From contig CAWDLW010000020.1 in NCBI GenBank assembly GCA_963803145.1, positions 128,001 to 192,000 of the forward strand: 64,000 bases of DNA, written 5' to 3'. Positions 39,821 through 48,940 of this stretch are shown here, piece by piece (position 1 is the first letter of the stretch; each line of letters opens with the position of its first letter). This stretch comes from Methanotrichaceae archaeon (GTDB lineage Archaea; Halobacteriota; Methanosarcinia; Methanotrichales; Methanotrichaceae). Position numbers and translations under genes: made by a program. The notes under the pieces were generated by a model that was given only the letters and a program-made list of their open reading frames with translations, did not search any database and was not told the DNA's origin.

Positions 39821-40612
39821 GTGAAGTCGCTGCTGCTAAAATCGGTGCTTCTGATAATCGTATATTTCATTATCATCTCAGCTGCTATAGTGAGCTCATC
39901 AGAACCAGCAAGGGCAAGCAAAAGTCTACAAGATGCGCCGGCACATGATGGCTACAACTCTTCATATAATTCTTCATATAACAATTCCTCAATCAGTTTC
40001 GTTGGCCAAAACAAGATCGTTCAGGCTCCGACAACCATTTCTGTTGGAAGCGGTTACTATTCCTCTCATCCAATCAGCTATGGTAGTGTTATCGGTAGCC
40101 AGACCTCGATAAAGAACAAGAGATCTTCAGCTTCAATGCAGCAAGATATCAATTATGCTCATGGAGTCAATGGCCAGATGGATGTGATGGCAACAGATAG
40201 CAGCCGTAGTCGAGATGGCTCGAAGTCCAGCGGCACCTCCACTACTCAAATGAAGGTCGATGAAAATGTTACAGAGGGCCATGTCCACATCGGAGTTCTT
40301 CAGGGAAGCGACGATTCAAACCGAGGCACTGGATCTGATGGGACCATCAACAGCGGCACCGACCCTCTGGTTGAAGCCTGGAAAAAGCCAGCCATGGAGA
40401 TCGAAGAGGACTACATCGGAACATATCATATCTATAAAAATATGACCATCCAGACCAGCTATAATCAGAATAAGAGAAACAACAGCTGGCTGGACTTCAC
40501 TAATGGAGGTTATCCAGATATGAACTTGCCTGATCCGGTCTCTACTGATGCAGATAGTGTCTTTAACTGCAAAATTGCAAATCCCTCGAAGTTGGATGCT
40601 GAGCAGAAGTGA
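39821..40612 (+). CDS. Secreted Ser/Asn-rich hypothetical protein
   Basis: Signal peptide and multiple N-x-S/T sequons. Confidence 0.75.
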   Translation: MKSLLLKSVLLIIVYFIIISAAIVSSSEPARASKSLQDAPAHDGYNSSYNSSYNNSSISFVGQNKIVQAPTTISVGSGYYSSHPISYGSVIGSQTSIKNKRSSASMQQDINYAHGVNGQMDVMATDSSRSRDGSKSSGTSTTQMKVDENVTEGHVHIGVLQGSDDSNRGTGSDGTINSGTDPLVEAWKKPAMEIEEDYIGTYHIYKNMTIQTSYNQNKRNNSWLDFTNGGYPDMNLPDPVSTDADSVFNCKIANPSKLDAEQK

Positions 40613-40746
40613 GATTTTACCTTTGCAAATGCCTGAATCTTGAATAGTCCTCCTGTCGAGAGCTAAGGGGATTATTCAGAATTATGCAGCCTGGGAATAG
40701 CACAGCATATTTAAGCGATTGATGAAATCAAACATCAGGGAATGAA

Positions 40747-41097
40747 ATGAGACGACTAATGCTATTACTACTAGTTCTGCTAACGATGGCGGTTTTAGCT
40801 AATAGCCTAACAACCGTCCATCTTAGTGGCAATGGCGGCCTAGCATTACTAAACGGCTTGACAAACAGTTCGGAAAATATGACTGATGCAAATAAAACTG
40901 GAATAAATCTTTCAATAAGCGGGTCTTCCATTCCACTTAGCGGCAATAATGGCACTACGTTGCTAAATAATATATCAAAAGATCCTGCGAATCTATCCTT
41001 TGGGTCTACACCCCGCTCGCCTCCTCCACCTCCGACCTACGATCCTCAGTTAGAGGAAGAAATTGCGATCCTAAGGGCAAATCACGTTGGATACTGA
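40747..41097 (+). CDS. Small secreted protein, paralog of 29243-29581
   Basis: Shares MRRL..., GLTNSSEN.T, LSGNNGT.LL, PANLS.GS.PR.PPPPP and NHV with its paralog. Confidence 0.78.
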   Translation: MRRLMLLLLVLLTMAVLANSLTTVHLSGNGGLALLNGLTNSSENMTDANKTGINLSISGSSIPLSGNNGTTLLNNISKDPANLSFGSTPRSPPPPPTYDPQLEEEIAILRANHVGY

Positions 41098-41130
41098 GGA
41101 CATACGACCTGATGTGATGGCTATCATATC

Positions 41131-41178
41131 GCCACGATATTGCCACGATATTGCCACGATATTGCCACGATATCGCCA
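41131..41178. repeat. 11-bp tandem repeat GCCACGATAT(T/C), ~4.4 copies
   Basis: Read directly; intergenic, with no spacers. Confidence 0.9.
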
Positions 41179-41404
41179 TCATATCTTCCATTTATTCTCA
41201 TGAGACCTGGGATTGGCTTAACGCCCCGCTCTAATCGACAGTAGCCATTTTTGGGATGCCGACTCCCTGTAGTTCACAAACTTTTGGTAGTTTCAGGCTT
41301 AAAGCAGAATTGGATGAGTTAACTAGATAAGTGATCGGTATCTAAAAGATATAGAAAAACTTCATTCCGTCAGCATCCTAATAGCAGCGTCAGAGGCGAT
41401 TTAA

Positions 41405-42292
41405 TTGGAGACAGATCCATATCCCCAGGGCGAAAGCAAAGTTAAATGGATTTCTACTGAGTGGCTGAGCCAGCATTTGAACAGCGATGACCTCATGATC
41501 TTGGATGTCCAGCCGAACGTCCACGATTATATCATGGGCCATATCCCAGGTGCCATTTACCTGAATGAAGGGCTGCTCAGATCCGCGTGGGATCGCATGC
41601 CTGCGATGTTTGTGCTGCCTGAGAGCATCCAGCCGGTCTTTAGCCGCGCGAGCATTGATCCTAATAGGCCAGTTGTAATATACTCTGGAGCAGGCCGCTA
41701 CAGTAGATGCACCGCAGGCTTGGGAGATGGCCTCGAGCAAACGATGATGGCTTACTCACTTGTTCGCTTCGGCCATAATAAAGTCTACATTCTTGACGGT
41801 GGATTAGAGAAATGGAAAGGTGAGGGCAGAGAGCTTACTAAGGTCTTTCCGAAATGGGAACCCTCGGATTTCAAAGTACAGCTGCGCAAGGAATACTTTA
41901 TCGAGTATGATGAGTTCAAGAGAATAAAGGATCGAAAGGATGTGATCCTCTTTGACGCACGGCCTGCCGAGATTTATGAGGAGGGCGGCCTGTGGATTAA
42001 GAACGGCCATATTCCTGGCGCATTCAGCCTGCCTTGGAGGAGCCTGATGACCAAGGAGAACCCGAAAGCGATGAAGAGCGACGAGGAACTCCAGCAGCTT
42101 ATAGGCAAATTCGATATAACTCCAGATAAAACTCTGCTAATCTACTGTGGAACAGGACGTGAGGCAACAAATGAGTTCCTGTTCTTCAAGTTCTATAAGG
42201 GCCATGACAAGGTAAGAATCTATGAGGGATCCTTCACAGAATGGTCTTCATATCCTGAGAACCCGACTGTAACAGGAAAGAATCCGCGATAG
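41405..42292 (+). CDS. Two-domain sulfurtransferase (rhodanese/SseA family)
   Basis: GHIPGA twice, ILDGG..KW, YCGTG active-site loop and YEGSFTEW. Confidence 0.93.
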   Translation: METDPYPQGESKVKWISTEWLSQHLNSDDLMILDVQPNVHDYIMGHIPGAIYLNEGLLRSAWDRMPAMFVLPESIQPVFSRASIDPNRPVVIYSGAGRYSRCTAGLGDGLEQTMMAYSLVRFGHNKVYILDGGLEKWKGEGRELTKVFPKWEPSDFKVQLRKEYFIEYDEFKRIKDRKDVILFDARPAEIYEEGGLWIKNGHIPGAFSLPWRSLMTKENPKAMKSDEELQQLIGKFDITPDKTLLIYCGTGREATNEFLFFKFYKGHDKVRIYEGSFTEWSSYPENPTVTGKNPR

Positions 42293-42366
42293 ATGCGGTA
42301 GTAATGGTAGCAGTGGTTATGGTATCGATGACAGCAGTTAACCTGTAATAAAAAACCAGGTGGAAT

Positions 42367-43734
42367 ATGCTCTTCGAAAGGATTGTCTCCAAAGGGCTAG
42401 CCCACTACTCCTACCTTTTTGGCGACAAGAACGATGCTATTGTCATCGATCCCAGACGTGATTGCGAGGCATACGTCGAGAAATCTATTGCAGAGGGCAT
42501 GAGGATCAGACACATCCTCGAAACTCACAGAAATGAGGACTACCTCATCGGATCTATCGAGATTGCCAGACGAACGGGAGCTGAAATCTGGCATGCAGAC
42601 AGCCATCTGGAGTACAAATATGGCGAAGCAGTTAAAGACGGCCAGAAATGGAAAATTGGCCGCCTGGAGATTGAAGCCATTCATGCGCCTGGCCATACTT
42701 TGGGGATGATGAACTACCTATTGCATGATCCAGATGGAGTGCCGTGGGTGATCTTCAGCGGCGATACCCTCTTTGCAGGAGAGGTTGGACGGATCGATTT
42801 ACTTGGAAAGGATAAAGAGCCTGAGATGGCAGCCATGCTCTATGACAGCATCTTTGGAAGGCTGCTTCCTCTCGGAGATGATGTGATCATCTGTCCTGCT
42901 CACGGCGCAGGCTCAGTATGCGGTGAGTCGATCGCCGAAAGACTTTGGACTACGATAGGCATAGAACGAAGGCACAATCCCCGCTTGCAGCTTAAAGATA
43001 AAGAAAAGTTTATCGCCAATCTGATGGCATCCCAGCCAGAGAGGCCGCCTTATTTCACACAGATGGAAAGGCTGAACCTCGAAGGTGCACCTCTGCCGAC
43101 TCTGCCTTTGCCAAAGCCTCTTTCACCTAAAGATTTCGAGGATGCTTCAAAGGGTGCAACTATACTTGATACTCGGATGGAGCTTGGATTCGGTGCGGCT
43201 CATGTCACATATGCTCAATCAATCTGGCTGGATGGCCTGGCAAGCTTCGCCGGCTGGTTTTTGAGCTATGATAGACCAATCCTTCTGGTGAATGAGACCA
43301 ACGATCCTGATGAGCAGACTAGGATTTTGACAAGATTGGGATTTGATAACCTTGCAGGCTATCTTTCAGGCGGCATGTTGAATTGGCATATGTCTGGAAA
43401 GGATAGCTGCACCATCGGAACTATAACGGTTCAAAGATTCTGCAAGCTTTTGGATTCTAGTGAAGGTCTATGGGTCCTGGATGTCAGGAGCGATGAGGAG
43501 CTGGAGAGAGACGGCAAGATCCAGGCAGCCCATCATATCCATGTAACCCAGATACCACAACATATGGCTGAGGTTCCAAAGGATAAAACGGTGTATGTAT
43601 TCTGTGGCAGCGGAATGCGTTCGATGATTGCAGCAAGCTTTCTGCAGCGCAACGGATGGAAAGATCTGGTGGTGATATTGGGAGGAATGGCTGGATGGAG
43701 ATCGAAGAGGTGTCCTATTGAACGTCAGCAGTAA
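42367..43734 (+). CDS. MBL-fold hydrolase fused to two rhodanese domains
   Basis: VIDPRRD, ETHRNEDY, PGHT, SGDTLF, PAHGAGS.CG and C-terminal LDVR...FCGSGMRS. Confidence 0.9.
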   Translation: MLFERIVSKGLAHYSYLFGDKNDAIVIDPRRDCEAYVEKSIAEGMRIRHILETHRNEDYLIGSIEIARRTGAEIWHADSHLEYKYGEAVKDGQKWKIGRLEIEAIHAPGHTLGMMNYLLHDPDGVPWVIFSGDTLFAGEVGRIDLLGKDKEPEMAAMLYDSIFGRLLPLGDDVIICPAHGAGSVCGESIAERLWTTIGIERRHNPRLQLKDKEKFIANLMASQPERPPYFTQMERLNLEGAPLPTLPLPKPLSPKDFEDASKGATILDTRMELGFGAAHVTYAQSIWLDGLASFAGWFLSYDRPILLVNETNDPDEQTRILTRLGFDNLAGYLSGGMLNWHMSGKDSCTIGTITVQRFCKLLDSSEGLWVLDVRSDEELERDGKIQAAHHIHVTQIPQHMAEVPKDKTVYVFCGSGMRSMIAASFLQRNGWKDLVVILGGMAGWRSKRCPIERQQ

Positions 43735-43790
43735 AAAGGAGCTACAAAGCTTTCTAAATCTATAGCAAAAAATATAAAAAATACAGCAAA

Positions 43791-45389
43791 TCACTCTCCA
43801 TCCTCTCTAGCCAGGCGCTTATAGAGCGGCTCTTTTTTGCAGGTAACAGCGGATGGCTCCTTCTTGCCAAGACCGGCAGGCGCAAGATTGAAGACAATGG
43901 TCTTTAGATTCGTCATTTCGTCTATGCTGTAGCCAACACCCTCACGTCCCATTCCTGAGTCCTTTATGCCGCCGAAGGGGAAGTATCCAACTCCATGGAG
44001 AGGATAATCGTTTATGGTTACTTCACCGCACTCCAATCCTTTTGCAATATGCCACATCTTATAAAAGTTATTGGTGAAGACGCATGATTCAAGTCCATAC
44101 TTCGACATCTTGGCAAATCTAAGAGCTTCTTCTTCTTTATTGAATCTCATGACCGTCACAACAGGACCGAAGGTCTCCTCCTTGGCTATCTCGGCGTAAA
44201 TCGGAACATTATCCAGAACAGTAGGCTCGTAGTAGGCTTCATGATACTTTCCGCCTCTAAGAAGCTCTGCCCCGTTGTCCACAGCATTCATAACCATGGC
44301 ATGAATCCGTTCAGCTGCAGCCTTGTTTATCACAGGTCCAATCGCTACAGTCTCGTCCGTCGGGTCTCCGAACTTCCATGTATCAACATCTTTGACAATT
44401 CTTTCCACCAGATCATCCGCAATTGCCTCCATTGCCAATATAGCGCTCACAGCATCGCATCTTTGACCGGCGTATTTTAAGGATCCAAAAACACATTTAT
44501 CAGCCGCCAGATCGAGATCTGCATCCTCCAGCACAAGTGCATAGCCTTTTCCGCCAAGCTCCAAGTGCAGTCTTTTCATAACAGCAAGCTGCGAAACGCG
44601 GCGACCTACTGGTGTGCTGCCTGTGAAGTTGATCATATCCAACTTCTCGTTGGTTATCAGGGCATCTCCTGTCTCATCGCCTTTGCCGGTGATTATATTC
44701 AGGCTGCCGCCAGGAACTCCTGCGCTTTCCAGAACATTCACCAGCAGAATCGCAGAAATGGGATTGGTGCTTGATGGTTTGGCTACAACGGTGTTACCTG
44801 CCAGAAGTGCAGGAGCAATCTTTGATACGGCCATATAAAGGGGATAGTTGAATGGCGTTATTGCGGCAACAACGCCCACAGGCTCACGGATAACTAAGGC
44901 AATCTTTCCGACTGTTGTTGTTGACCAATCGCCAGGCACATACTCGCCGAAGATCTTTCTGGCCTCTTCCATCGTCAACCTGAGCCTATGGATAGAAGCC
45001 TCAACTTCGCCATTGGCATCATGAGATGTCTTCCCTGCCTCAAGCTGAAGAACTCTGGCAAACTCATCTTTATGCTGCTCAAGGATGCCAGCAGCGCAGT
45101 TGAATATCTCTATGCGCTCAATTGCAGGCAGATCCCTTATACTTCTGTTCTCCTTAGCAGCATTGACCGCCTGATCTACATCGACGTGGGCGGCAAGCTG
45201 CGCCTTTGCGATAGTGCTGCCATCAATAGGCGTGTGTACATCGAATGCACTGCCATTCTCAGAGGCTTGCCACTTACCACCTATAAGCATCTTGAATGTA
45301 TTTATGCTATCATTAGCATCATAAATGCCATCAAACACCCTGCTTAGCTTAAGTTCCAGTCCCTGTCCGGCCATATCATCAAACCTCAT
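43791..45389 (-). CDS. Aldehyde dehydrogenase family protein (GAPN-like)
   Basis: ITPFNYP, FTGS, LELGGK, GQRCDA, EETFGPV and FPFGG.KDSG.GREG. Confidence 0.92.
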   Translation of the reverse strand: MRFDDMAGQGLELKLSRVFDGIYDANDSINTFKMLIGGKWQASENGSAFDVHTPIDGSTIAKAQLAAHVDVDQAVNAAKENRSIRDLPAIERIEIFNCAAGILEQHKDEFARVLQLEAGKTSHDANGEVEASIHRLRLTMEEARKIFGEYVPGDWSTTTVGKIALVIREPVGVVAAITPFNYPLYMAVSKIAPALLAGNTVVAKPSSTNPISAILLVNVLESAGVPGGSLNIITGKGDETGDALITNEKLDMINFTGSTPVGRRVSQLAVMKRLHLELGGKGYALVLEDADLDLAADKCVFGSLKYAGQRCDAVSAILAMEAIADDLVERIVKDVDTWKFGDPTDETVAIGPVINKAAAERIHAMVMNAVDNGAELLRGGKYHEAYYEPTVLDNVPIYAEIAKEETFGPVVTVMRFNKEEEALRFAKMSKYGLESCVFTNNFYKMWHIAKGLECGEVTINDYPLHGVGYFPFGGIKDSGMGREGVGYSIDEMTNLKTIVFNLAPAGLGKKEPSAVTCKKEPLYKRLAREDGE

Positions 45390-45589
45390 GAAGCCAACCT
45401 ATATTCTATAAAATTCATATGCAGTATTTGATTTTCTAATAGTAATAGTTGGGTTTAGTAATAAACTTTTTCTGATTGATCTAAATTACAAGATCTAGAG
45501 GCTATTTTAAGTTTGATTGTTCCAGGTTTTAGGCTGAATAGCTGTATATTTAAGAATTATAGTAGTAACAAGCAGCAATAACAAAAATC

Positions 45590-45622
45590 CCAGGATCTGA
45601 GCCGATAAGGCTTCGATCCTGG
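45590..45622. terminator. Stem-loop downstream of the fasciclin gene
   Basis: CCAGGATC..AGCC pairs with GGCT..GATCCTGG, followed by a T-run on the minus strand. Confidence 0.55.
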
Positions 45623-45663
45623 AATGATATATGGATTATATTATCGATTATATTATCCTCGAC

Positions 45664-46617
45664 TCACATCCCTATTGATAGCTTCAGGGGTATCAGCACT
45701 TGGTCGATTTCGTAAATTATTCCATTGCTGTATCTCTTGGACTTAAGCACTTTAGCGCCGCCAACAATTCCTGCCTTAGTATCTATCGCAAGCGAAGACC
45801 CGTCAAGAGTCTTGACGGATGAAGCGTCGGTATTGTTGAGGACTGCTCTGCTCTCCACTATGTGATAGCTCAGCAAGGTCATCATATTGTCTTTATTTGA
45901 GCTTATTGATTTCATCGTTGCAGCAGGAACCTTTGAGAAAGCAGCATCGCTTGGGGCGAAGATTGTATACGGTCCTCCGCCAATAGCGCCCAGGCCGAAC
46001 AATCCCTGGCCGTTGAGGTTATCGACGAGACCTGCAGACTGGATATCACCTGCGAATGTTTTTATGTCTTTCAATTTATTCGCTGCATCTACGAAGCTCA
46101 TGCCTGCGCCCTTTTGCTTGGGCATCAGCACTTTATCGATGACATATATCGTGCCGTTATCGTAATTCTTGACCTGCAGCACATTTGCACCGTTCACCTT
46201 TAGGCCGCCTGTCGAGTTCAGGCTGAGGTTCTCTCCTTCCAGGGTTTCCACCGAGGAAAGACTGCTTAAATTGCCGAGAGTTCCATCATTCCAGACGACA
46301 TGATAGCTCAGGACTCTCTTCAGATCAGTCTGGTTCTCCATAAGGTTGCTCAGGTCTCCGGGGGCCAAAGCTGCAAAGGCGGCATCGCTGGGAGCGAATA
46401 CAATAAAAGAGCCATTGCCAATTATTAGAACCCCTTGGTTGTTCAAAGTCTCAGACATATTGGCATTCTGGACCGCCGTTGAGAACGTGGTTAGGTTCAG
46501 AGCCTTCGATTCATCTAGAATGCCATTGCTCGCTGTTGCACTACCCGCTGCCGTAGCCAGGCCTGCAGAAAGCAACGCAGCTGCTAATATTAATAAAGTT
46601 ACTTTGGTTGAAGCCAT
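45664..46617 (-). CDS. Secreted two-domain fasciclin (FAS1) protein
   Basis: Two FAPSDAAF...LSYH.V...NG.IY.ID.VL.P repeats and a signal peptide. Confidence 0.93.
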   Translation of the reverse strand: MASTKVTLLILAAALLSAGLATAAGSATASNGILDESKALNLTTFSTAVQNANMSETLNNQGVLIIGNGSFIVFAPSDAAFAALAPGDLSNLMENQTDLKRVLSYHVVWNDGTLGNLSSLSSVETLEGENLSLNSTGGLKVNGANVLQVKNYDNGTIYVIDKVLMPKQKGAGMSFVDAANKLKDIKTFAGDIQSAGLVDNLNGQGLFGLGAIGGGPYTIFAPSDAAFSKVPAATMKSISSNKDNMMTLLSYHIVESRAVLNNTDASSVKTLDGSSLAIDTKAGIVGGAKVLKSKRYSNGIIYEIDQVLIPLKLSIGM

Positions 46618-46879
46618 GCTTAACCTCCACTCCTTAAATTATAGAGTAGGTAGCTTATCTAGGAAATATAAATCTTTCCACATGCGATTATGTATTATTG
46701 AATATATTCTCCTAAGCGCCCTGAGGCTTATTGGTCATATAAATCGTATTGCCAAATCTATGCTCGATTCTATAATAGAATGCATTGAAGGAGATCTCCA
46801 GCATTCTTTATTGTCTTCGTTGAGCATTCAAACGCCAAGGCCGAAATTTTGAATACCTACGCGTGCCTAAGAGATTCCT

Positions 46880-47884
46880 GTGAGGCTTTACCTAGCTATA
46901 GCGATTCTGCTGCTACTGGCCAATATTGCACAGGCGCATGTTCCGCTGTTCCCGGAAGGGAATGAGAATATATCTTCAGCCATGCTGATATCAGATCCGG
47001 GGAAATCGTGGGCTATCTATAGCACCATAAGCCCAGAAAGGCCGCAATATTATTCGTTTTATATGGACAAAGGCAAAGAGATTCTGCTAACGCTCCTAAA
47101 GACTGCAAACCCGACGGAAAAGGGCTTTGAACCAAATATGGCGCTTCTTGGGCCTGGGCTTAATTCCACGGGCACGCTTCCGAGTCATGTGAATATCCCC
47201 AAAGGCTATGGAGTCATCACTGTAAAAAGCAACAGCTCTGATCAGGCCGTTTATGAGCCCTTTGGGCCTAGCAGCTACTATCAGCAATCGGATCTTGATA
47301 TAGCAGCCCCCGAATCGGGCATGTATTATGTAGCGGTTTACAGCAACAATAATAGGAGTAATGTAAGTAGCAGTATGATCGGCCATTACAGTCTGGCCAT
47401 AGGCTATCGCGAAGAGTTCACCTTTGCAGAGAGGATTCTTACACCACTAAGACTTATATCAGTATATCAGTGGGAAGGACAAAGCCTGTCTACAATATTG
47501 ATGCCCATACTTGTAGCTTTTCTCATAGGGTTATTCGTCATCTGGCGCAGCACCATTCGGACTCTCTTTTATAGAGCAGGCACTTTGGCTGGTTTCCTAA
47601 TCCTCGGTACAGGCGCAACAGTGCTTTCCCAGATGGCCTTCAGCCTGATCCGTGCACCTGCAGGATCAGAGGTTGCTATAACAGTTCTATTGGCAATCAT
47701 CCCTGTAGTTCTCGGCGTTGTTTCATTGCGTTTATCACGAGGCGAGGCAGGAATTCTTCAAAGGGTTATGATGGCGGTCATAGGAACTATAGCTCTATTG
47801 GCCGGGTCCGGACTGATAGCGGGGCCTCTGCTGGCAATAGCTGCGAGCGTGCTGCCGTCGAGAAAAAGTGAATCTGCAGCCTAA
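46880..47884 (+). CDS. Exported protein with C-terminal multi-TM region
   Basis: Signal peptide ending AQA-H, YEPF motif, Y.LAIGYREEF and ~4-5 TMs. Confidence 0.75.
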   Translation: MRLYLAIAILLLLANIAQAHVPLFPEGNENISSAMLISDPGKSWAIYSTISPERPQYYSFYMDKGKEILLTLLKTANPTEKGFEPNMALLGPGLNSTGTLPSHVNIPKGYGVITVKSNSSDQAVYEPFGPSSYYQQSDLDIAAPESGMYYVAVYSNNNRSNVSSSMIGHYSLAIGYREEFTFAERILTPLRLISVYQWEGQSLSTILMPILVAFLIGLFVIWRSTIRTLFYRAGTLAGFLILGTGATVLSQMAFSLIRAPAGSEVAITVLLAIIPVVLGVVSLRLSRGEAGILQRVMMAVIGTIALLAGSGLIAGPLLAIAASVLPSRKSESAA

Positions 47885-48151
47885 CTTTCATTTGACTCTT
47901 GATGTTGCTCCAATTTAACCTATGCTTGAAATAAAATACAGGAAACATTAATAGAATTCTGAAAACATAAGCTTTAATTAGTGAGAAATTGATTGGCGAT
48001 TCATGGTAGGGATGGATAGCCCAAACTTAGGCCTAGTTAGCTGGGCAGTTAAGTCTCTTATAGCTGAAATTATTTTGCCTAATCACATTCTAAGATTAGC
48101 TTGCCAAAGTACTTCCTTTGAGAGGAAAGCTATCCTTGTGAGGCGATTGGT

Positions 48152-48940
48152 TTGAGTATAGTGGGAAAGTTTTCGTTTGTCACTATAATTTACCTACTAT
48201 TAATATCTTGTACAGTATTATTAATGCAATCTGGAGCCGAGAACCAAAATCAACCGCCGAATATTCTCAGCTTAAGTCCTGATATGCCGAGCCCCCAGCA
48301 GGTAGGAGCGGTTATAACTTGGCGCGCAATAGCCTCTGATCCGGAAAACGATCCAATCTATTACAGGTTCTCAATAGACGGCCCTCAGACAGGAGGCCAA
48401 TGGAAAGTTATACAAGATTGGAGCCTGAGCAACACCTGGTCTTGGAAGGCTGGAGATAGTGATGCAGGAAGTTCTAATATCCAGGTGGAGATCCGAGATG
48501 GGAAACGCGGAGGCCCCTCCGATATAGATGCATTCAAAGAATATGATAATTACCAAATTATACAAAACCGGCCTGCCAACTTGAACGTAGAAGTGGCTAA
48601 CGATGTCTATTCCGATAAGGATCGCGTTGTATACTATTGCCAGGAAGGGAAGGACTTCTACGTTAAGAACAGAATCTATCTGACCGGACCTGATCTGAAT
48701 AAGGTAAAGAGCGTGAAGTACGTTCTACATCCATCCTTCCCGAATCCTGAACAAATCTCTGAAGATTCAAGCAATGATTTTGAAATATGGATATGGACCT
48801 GGGGGAAATTCCCTGTAAAGGCTATAATTACTACCAAGAGCGGCCAGCAGTTTGAGAAGGATTATGATTTTTCATTCAAATCCAAGTTTGAAGAGGCGCA
48901 AAGAATGGGAATACCCCAAGTTAGTAATTGTGAGGATTGA
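48152..48940 (+). CDS. Secreted Ig-like domain plus prokaryotic YEATS-like domain protein
   Basis: NQPP..SL.PD.PSPQ...W...ASDP.ND..YYRF...QDWS..NTW.W domain, then VKSVKYVLHPSFPNP...F.I..WTWGKFPV. Confidence 0.75.
   Translation: MSIVGKFSFVTIIYLLLISCTVLLMQSGAENQNQPPNILSLSPDMPSPQQVGAVITWRAIASDPENDPIYYRFSIDGPQTGGQWKVIQDWSLSNTWSWKAGDSDAGSSNIQVEIRDGKRGGPSDIDAFKEYDNYQIIQNRPANLNVEVANDVYSDKDRVVYYCQEGKDFYVKNRIYLTGPDLNKVKSVKYVLHPSFPNPEQISEDSSNDFEIWIWTWGKFPVKAIITTKSGQQFEKDYDFSFKSKFEEAQRMGIPQVSNCED

Noticed and set aside
41131-41178. 11-bp tandem repeat as CRISPR or iteron
   Set aside because: There are no spacers and no rep gene; it is a simple VNTR.
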